From Schizochytrium sp. TIO01 (lineage: Eukaryota > Protista > Bigyra: Labyrinthulomycetes), in contig SMSO01000025.1 of assembly GCA_004764695.1 (NCBI GenBank), positions 5,062,862 through 5,126,861 of the forward strand: 64,000 nucleotides of DNA, in the 5' to 3' direction. Both the position numbers and the translations under genes were made by a program. Under the pieces are notes generated by a model. That model saw only the letters and a program-made list of their open reading frames with translations, was not told the origin of the DNA and made no database searches. Below are positions 57,856 through 64,000 of this stretch, piece after piece. Each line of letters begins with the position of its first letter. The first letter of the stretch is position 1.

Positions 57856-60800
57856 ATGTCCTTTAATTTTGGAGGAGTGAATGCTTCAGGAACAGAGTCA
57901 GCCCCGCCAGAGCGATCTGAAGGCAGCGTGCCATCATCCTCAAACTCCACATCTACCTCAGGGTTTAGCTTTGGCAATAGCGGCAACGTTGGCAGCGACG
58001 GCAGTAGAAATGAAAGTGGTGGTGAAAACCCATTTAGCCAGAGCGGTAACTCTGCCTCATTCGCCACCCCGACACCGCAACCGAGGTCTCCCCAGGCTGG
58101 GAGCTCAACGAGGCCAGCATTTACTCCATTCTCAACTTCAGCTCCATCAACGCCCGAAAAGGGATTTTCACTAGTCGGAGGGTCCACACCTGCAAAGACA
58201 AAGAGTCCTACTAGTACTTCGGCTCTTGTCGTACCTAGTGGGGATTGTTCTGAAGAACTCTGTGTGGATGATGTCCTCAAAATCCTCGGCCTGGAGGATC
58301 AAGGCCACGACTGGTTCACGACGGAAGCTCTAGCACTTGCGTGCTCGGGTGAACGTTTGGGTGGCATGCGCACAAACACAGAGCTTGAAAATGACGACAT
58401 TGAAACCTACTTCCCAACAGCATCGCTCGTACAGCTCCTGAACGCTTTTCCAAGGCGGCCAAAGTCAGAGATTGAGGCTGACAAAACACTATCAACCACC
58501 GCTCCCTCCAAAACTCGTACTAGTTTTGTCGATGAGGTCTGTCAGCGCCTAGACCTCAGCAACAGTGCAGGTCGTACTCTCGTGGCAAGATTCCTTGCGA
58601 GCAATGAGGAGGTGGGACTCGGTGTAAGGAGAGCTAACGCTCGCAGGCGCGAAATTCTTCGTGTAGTTCGTCGCAGCAGTGCAAAGCGCGGCGCTGTAGA
58701 GCAAGCACTGGGTAATGTGCGAACTTTTGCCGAACTCGACGCGATTGACTCCGTTGTAGGTCTAGTATCTCTTAACGCCGAACGCTTCCGCGCAACACTG
58801 CAGGCAGATGTGAAACTTGCTCGAGACAATAGCAACGAGATTGTCTTTGGCCTTTGCAAATCAGAGGCCCTTCTCAAGGATGTAGAACGACGTTTTCAGA
58901 ATGAACAAGCTGCACTACTCAACACCATGGTTCTCATGGCAAGGGCAGCTGATGACAACGACAACAAAGCGAAAAGTAATGAGATTTGGCATAACTTTGC
59001 GGTTCGATTTGTTGATGAGCAATGCGAGACTGTCATGGACCACGTGCTTTCCACCTTAGAGCGCAAAGACCTGTCAGACACTCTCGAAAAACTTCTTCTC
59101 AGAATTCTTTTTCACATGCCTGTCACAAAGGAAAAGAAGCTCGCGCTTCGCCTTCTTAGGTCTAAACGCACTAGCCTTATCACACGCGTACCCTACATCT
59201 CTCGTGTTCTTGTACTCTTGTCAAAGCTACGCGCTGGCTATAGTGATGATCTCAAAGAAGCCGTTGAGTCCTGCGGTGCCCCCGCTATTAGTCTTGCGTG
59301 GTCTATTTTCGCAATTGATGGAGACCTTTTCGAATCTAGCTACTCAAGCGGTTTTGAAGATCTTGAAAACATCCGTCGCCAACCCGAATTTGCGGGCCCG
59401 CTTCGCGACATTATTATCTCTGGTATGGAGAATTTTGGCATTCATGAGTTACTCGACAACGAAAAAGACTGTATCTTTATTGCCAAATTATGCGCCACCA
59501 CATTCGCTACTTCGCCAGAGGATTGCGACTTTTTCTGGCGCGAAGAGAACCATCCGCTTCGCAAACTGCTTGAGCAGTTGCAAAATTACCCTAGTGCATT
59601 CCTGGAGCTCTGTGGCGCTCTTGTCTCAAGTGAAAATAGCGCAAGGTATGCGCTGACCTACGTTGGCAAGAAAATCCGCCTTGAGAACCTTGCTCTACTC
59701 TGCAATCTTGTCAAATACCTTGATTACGGTACTATCGCAAGCTTTGACATCATGACGACCACGAGAAACGTAGTTCGTAGCCACATCAATGACCCTCGTC
59801 TGGTGGAAACCCTTCGCAATATTGCAGAAAAATTCCCGCAACATGTTCTAACAGTCTTGGCAAATGAAGCAGACCAATCATCTACATTTCCTGTTCTCAC
59901 AGCCATGCGTCGTGAGCTCGAAAAGGAAATAACTACTGGCAAATACTCTGGCCTTATGAATGGACTGCATCTCATAAGCATGCTCGTTCTCCAAGTTGAG
60001 CGTGAGCACTATTCCTCTGAACTGCATGTTGCCTTTGAAGACGCTGGCACGCATTGTACGCGTGCTGATCTGTCTCGCAATCTCAATGTTCTCGGCTACC
60101 GTGGTGACATTGATATTGCGACGCTCAGGAAACTTGCGCCATCTGACTCCCCAGATGAAATCGATCTCAACCGGTTGTTGCAACTTCTTCGAGTCGGCGA
60201 AGGCTCTTTTTTTCGTGTTCTGAGTCTTACTCTTCAGGGTCGCCGTTCGCAAACCAAACAGTTTGTTTTTCAGGCCGTCAAACTCGTCCGCGAGGTTTTC
60301 CGCAGCCATCGTGGGTGGCGTTTCTCTTCTCAAAAACAACGCTGGGACATTGGAACTCAGACTACCCATATTCTCCACCGTTGCGTCGAGATGCCTTTTG
60401 AGCTTGATGGTGTGCGTGCTAAAGTAATGGACGACCTCATGAACGATACCGCCACTCAAGATGCTCTCAGTGCGAACATTTTTTCTCTCAAGATACCGCG
60501 GGCTACATTTGCTCAAGAACTTGTTGCCACTTCACTAGACCTCTTAGCTGGCGTCCTGAGTCTTGAAGGCTTTGGAACTCAAAAAATTACGTTGCTTTGC
60601 CGCCAGGATCTTGCTGCTAATGTGGCTTCATATATTGGTTTTCCCTCCGAAAGCGACCGGATTACATGCGAGTTTCCCTTGCAGCGCTTGGCAGTGCGAG
60701 TCTTAGAGAACTTTGTTGTATCTTTGGATGCCTTTCGGCGTGCACGTCATCAACAAAAAGCCTCAGGAGGTGTACCTAGTGTAGTTGCGATGCTCTCGAA

Positions 60801-63800
60801 GTCTGCAATGCTTTTGGATGATGTGGCAACTTCTATTGCTAATGGAGAAACCTCCACGCTCGGTCTTCTAACCACATCCCTTGAACTTGAGCCTGGCCTT
60901 GCGGCTATGCTTCTTCAGAACGATGCCATACTCGAGAATATTCTTGACATCCTGCGTGACACGTCTAATTTTGAGGAGTGCCCGCGCCTCTATCTGATGG
61001 CAATGGAATTTCTCGGTACTCTCTGGTATAAACGCTATACATCTATTATTGCCCGACTCTTGGAACTGGAACCAAAGTTCTGGACGCATATGTCCTTCAG
61101 TTTGTACCAAGACATTGACGAGGATATGCTTCTCAGCTCCACCCCCAAGGTGATTAATGCGCAAAAGAATCAGATTTGTGCCAGAGCATGGGCGCTCGAA
61201 ATTATGACCCTAGAAATGGAGACAAGTGGAGTTGGTGGGGCATTCATGGAGCTTATGCGTGACTTGCGCAACGAAGATCGAGATACTAGCTGGCTTAATC
61301 AGTACCCTGTCGCAAGTGTCTCCCTCCATCGAAGTGAAACTCTCTCCGTTGAGTCTTCCAGCGTAGATCTTTCTGCTTTCGTACAGAACCATTCTGGATT
61401 TGTTACACCAAACTTGGACCCGTTCTTGTTCGAACGCCGTCAGTCACGCTTCGGACTGGTAGCCTGCCAGCAGTACGACGTTGATATGCTTCAACGCGTT
61501 TTCCCTGGCGAGGAGACTCTCGCGAAGGAGGTACGTTCGCGCAACTGTGCATTGGCTCTTTCCGAAGCCCAGCTTATGCTATTGCGTGCATGGAAAACCT
61601 ACATGGAGACCCGCTGTTTGATCAGCTGGGAGGATCAACCTAATTCGCCGAGTGATCTAAACACTCCAGTTGACGGTAGCTTTGAGTCCCCGGGCACGCG
61701 TCGTAAGCGCTCTTTTAGCAACACAGAATCCAAACATTGGGGAGATGTTACTTCGTACACACTAGTTGCCAAATTGGCTGCTAACCTTCGCGAGGCAGAA
61801 GACCTTGGTAATGAACACCAACAGTGCTATCTTCGCGAGGTTGTTGAGATGTTCACATCAATGCTGCATTTTAAGATCTTTGAACGTTGTCAATCTTCGG
61901 ACAACAGCATGTCTTCCCTGCTTTTGGATGCACACGCATTCATTCCCCAGGGCAACTTTCGTAAGCGCTCTCGTGAGATACGCGGTGACAAGCTTGTGCT
62001 CGATAGTGATGATTCTGAAAGACCAGGTGCTGTCCAGCTCATTGAACGGATTTTTGACTGCCTGGTGAAGATTCTCGAATTTGCTGAGAATTCATCTGTG
62101 GACACTGCAAGCAAGTCTCGTAGTTTTGTTCTGGAGGTAGTGCGCTCTTTGCTTGCTGGTCTCTTAATGCTGTTTGAAGTCGCCGGAGATGATGAAGCTA
62201 ACACCCAGGCTTCGGCAAAGCTTGCTGAGAAGCGTGTTGGCTCTCTTGAGCCTCTGGCAAAGATGCTTACACGGTATGCAGACGAAACCGAGATTGTTGA
62301 CCTGTGTTTGCCGCTGCTGAGCTTAATTATTTCGGAACTTACAAAAAGCAATGCTGCTGCCATGAAAACCTTGGTTGATCAACAAGTCTTCACCCTCTTG
62401 CAAAAGACATGCATTCAATACTCAGAAGCTTTTGGTCGCCGGTATGCTGATCGTCAGGGTCTCTACATATGGCTTGAGCGCAACGGTTTGAGCGACCTTA
62501 GTGTCAAAGTTCTAAGCGCCACAACGCCCTCCAATGCTACCAAAGGCAATGAAGGGCTTGTTGCTTCTCTCTCTCAGAATAACGACGAAGGTGAGTACAG
62601 CGGTGCCGCATCATCCACCGCTCTTGTAACAGCTGATACGTCCTCTTCACTTGCACTTACGACCGTTGATGAAGAAGATGCATCTGATTTTGAAGCAAAG
62701 GAACAAGCGAAGCGTGATACGAAGCAAAAAGAGAATGAAACTCGCTTGCGCGAGATTGCTCGTCAGCTCGGTTACAAACATTACGAATTACGATCGAAAC
62801 ACAGATCATCTCGAAATTACCGTGATCTTGTAGGATCAAAGGCATCTGGCTATTCCGATGAAGACGGATTAGTTGACATTAGTGTGATTCGTTTGTTTAT
62901 GGACTTTGGTATTACGAGTGTCAACGAGTTGCGAACTCTCGACCACGCAGCATTGCAAGAGATGGGTATCTATAAGCCATCGGATCGCCGTCGTCTTTTA
63001 GATATTATTGACCAACGTGACGCATCCGGATTGACTGGAATTTCTTCTAAAAGGCAAACTGTAGGACCTACTTCAGGTCGGTCTGGGGATGAAAATGACG
63101 CCACAAAGCGTAAGCCTATCTCACGAAAGGTTGGTTTTGAGGCTGCTCAAGAACTCAAGCGCGGCCTCTTGCGGATCCAGATGATTCTCCACATTTTTAA
63201 CTCCGCAGTACTCGTGGACCAAACTACTGTGGGTGCTCACCTCGCACGCCTCAATGTTCTACGTGGTCTTGCTTCTGATCCGTTGCTTCGCTGTGTTGCT
63301 GGTGATAAGCCTTTTGCTTCAAGCATGGATAACCGTGATAACGCTGCATCGATTGCGTTCCGAGGTTACTCGGTGCAGGGGGAGCGCGACCCAGCCCATT
63401 TAGTATGGTGCGAAGCTTTGCAGCTCACTGCAAGTTTGCTAGAAAGCAATGAGAACAGTAAAGAAAACCGTAACGTTGAGCTTGCACTTGAATTTGTTGC
63501 AAACCACCGAGGTACGATCTTGGCTACATTACAAGCCTATAAACATGCAGATAGTGTCATGACACTTGGAGCACTCGATGAAGCTTTGCGCACAACTAAT
63601 CTTATGCGCGCTTTGTCCAAGCACGTTCAACGCTGGCGGCTCCACGGTGAATTGTATGCACCTTTATTGACTGCAGCTTGGACTATGCTTCATGAACTAG
63701 TTGTCGGTAGTGAAGGCGTCCGCCGTCCGTGCTTTTTGGAAGAGTTTGTGCGCACCTTCTTCACCGGTTCTAAGGCTGTCCCTCGCCTTTGTATTTGCAC

Positions 63801-64000
63801 TCGTCCTGTTACTCCACTTGAAATTGAGCAAGATCGTCAGCCTGTAATGGAGTCTCTGCAGCGCAAACCATTGGTTGGAACACCACGCGCGAGCATGGCT
63901 TTAATGCGTACAGCAAGCGTTGTGGAAGAACTTGAATCAGAACAGGAGGCTCCGGCTTCGTCTAGTAAGGGTGGCGTTGTGTCGCAACTTGATGATGGTG
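57856..64000 (+). CDS. NUP188: Large alpha-helical scaffold nucleoporin, Nup188-like; 3'-partial (at least 2048 codons)
   Basis: Open frame from ATG 57856 (MSFNFGG...GFSFG) with no stop seen in the stretches translated; a frame running off the end would explain its absence from the track. It is Leu-rich and helical. EKEITTGKYSGLMNGLHLISMLV and GYSVQGERDPAHLVWCEAL resemble Nup188 conserved segments. The family call is from memory of motifs. Confidence 0.65.
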   Translation, partial: MSFNFGGVNASGTESAPPERSEGSVPSSSNSTSTSGFSFGNSGNVGSDGSRNESGGENPFSQSGNSASFATPTPQPRSPQAGSSTRPAFTPFSTSAPSTPEKGFSLVGGSTPAKTKSPTSTSALVVPSGDCSEELCVDDVLKILGLEDQGHDWFTTEALALACSGERLGGMRTNTELENDDIETYFPTASLVQLLNAFPRRPKSEIEADKTLSTTAPSKTRTSFVDEVCQRLDLSNSAGRTLVARFLASNEEVGLGVRRANARRREILRVVRRSSAKRGAVEQALGNVRTFAELDAIDSVVGLVSLNAERFRATLQADVKLARDNSNEIVFGLCKSEALLKDVERRFQNEQAALLNTMVLMARAADDNDNKAKSNEIWHNFAVRFVDEQCETVMDHVLSTLERKDLSDTLEKLLLRILFHMPVTKEKKLALRLLRSKRTSLITRVPYISRVLVLLSKLRAGYSDDLKEAVESCGAPAISLAWSIFAIDGDLFESSYSSGFEDLENIRRQPEFAGPLRDIIISGMENFGIHELLDNEKDCIFIAKLCATTFATSPEDCDFFWREENHPLRKLLEQLQNYPSAFLELCGALVSSENSARYALTYVGKKIRLENLALLCNLVKYLDYGTIASFDIMTTTRNVVRSHINDPRLVETLRNIAEKFPQHVLTVLANEADQSSTFPVLTAMRRELEKEITTGKYSGLMNGLHLISMLVLQVEREHYSSELHVAFEDAGTHCTRADLSRNLNVLGYRGDIDIATLRKLAPSDSPDEIDLNRLLQLLRVGEGSFFRVLSLTLQGRRSQTKQFVFQAVKLVREVFRSHRGWRFSSQKQRWDIGTQTTHILHRCVEMPFELDGVRAKVMDDLMNDTATQDALSANIFSLKIPRATFAQELVATSLDLLAGVLSLEGFGTQKITLLCRQDLAANVASYIGFPSESDRITCEFPLQRLAVRVLENFVVSLDAFRRARHQQKASGGVPSVVAMLSKSAMLLDDVATSIANGETSTLGLLTTSLELEPGLAAMLLQNDAILENILDILRDTSNFEECPRLYLMAMEFLGTLWYKRYTSIIARLLELEPKFWTHMSFSLYQDIDEDMLLSSTPKVINAQKNQICARAWALEIMTLEMETSGVGGAFMELMRDLRNEDRDTSWLNQYPVASVSLHRSETLSVESSSVDLSAFVQNHSGFVTPNLDPFLFERRQSRFGLVACQQYDVDMLQRVFPGEETLAKEVRSRNCALALSEAQLMLLRAWKTYMETRCLISWEDQPNSPSDLNTPVDGSFESPGTRRKRSFSNTESKHWGDVTSYTLVAKLAANLREAEDLGNEHQQCYLREVVEMFTSMLHFKIFERCQSSDNSMSSLLLDAHAFIPQGNFRKRSREIRGDKLVLDSDDSERPGAVQLIERIFDCLVKILEFAENSSVDTASKSRSFVLEVVRSLLAGLLMLFEVAGDDEANTQASAKLAEKRVGSLEPLAKMLTRYADETEIVDLCLPLLSLIISELTKSNAAAMKTLVDQQVFTLLQKTCIQYSEAFGRRYADRQGLYIWLERNGLSDLSVKVLSATTPSNATKGNEGLVASLSQNNDEGEYSGAASSTALVTADTSSSLALTTVDEEDASDFEAKEQAKRDTKQKENETRLREIARQLGYKHYELRSKHRSSRNYRDLVGSKASGYSDEDGLVDISVIRLFMDFGITSVNELRTLDHAALQEMGIYKPSDRRRLLDIIDQRDASGLTGISSKRQTVGPTSGRSGDENDATKRKPISRKVGFEAAQELKRGLLRIQMILHIFNSAVLVDQTTVGAHLARLNVLRGLASDPLLRCVAGDKPFASSMDNRDNAASIAFRGYSVQGERDPAHLVWCEALQLTASLLESNENSKENRNVELALEFVANHRGTILATLQAYKHADSVMTLGALDEALRTTNLMRALSKHVQRWRLHGELYAPLLTAAWTMLHELVVGSEGVRRPCFLEEFVRTFFTGSKAVPRLCICTRPVTPLEIEQDRQPVMESLQRKPLVGTPRASMALMRTASVVEELESEQEAPASSSKGGVVSQLDDG

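Overview
Eukaryotic nuclear DNA, most consistent with a labyrinthulomycete/thraustochytrid stramenopile. This is inferred from the few GTAAGT...AG introns, C/G-ending codons in exons, and long AT-rich intergenic regions full of tetra- and pentanucleotide microsatellites. Ten protein-coding genes can be supported: (1) a 3-exon circularly permuted ATP-grasp ligase (2257-4671,+); (2) a convergent SPX-domain/M14 (AstE/AspA-type) metallo-amidohydrolase fusion (6514-8370,-); (3) a ZGRF1-like SF1 helicase whose DUF2439-like first exon is missing from the ORF track; (4) SERRATE/Ars2; (5) PEP carboxylase; (6) a CaMK-group kinase; (7) a membrane-anchored TTL-like ATP-grasp protein with a degenerate catalytic motif; (8) a 3-exon MOB protein; (9) an ankyrin-HDAC; (10) a Nup188-like ORF of more than 2000 codons running off the right end, also absent from the track. 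The strongest candidate for a novel system is the adjacent ligase + SPX-hydrolase pair. It looks like a bacterial-style amide synthesis/breakdown module placed under eukaryotic phosphate (inositol pyrophosphate) control. All family calls come from recognising motifs by eye; no searches were run.
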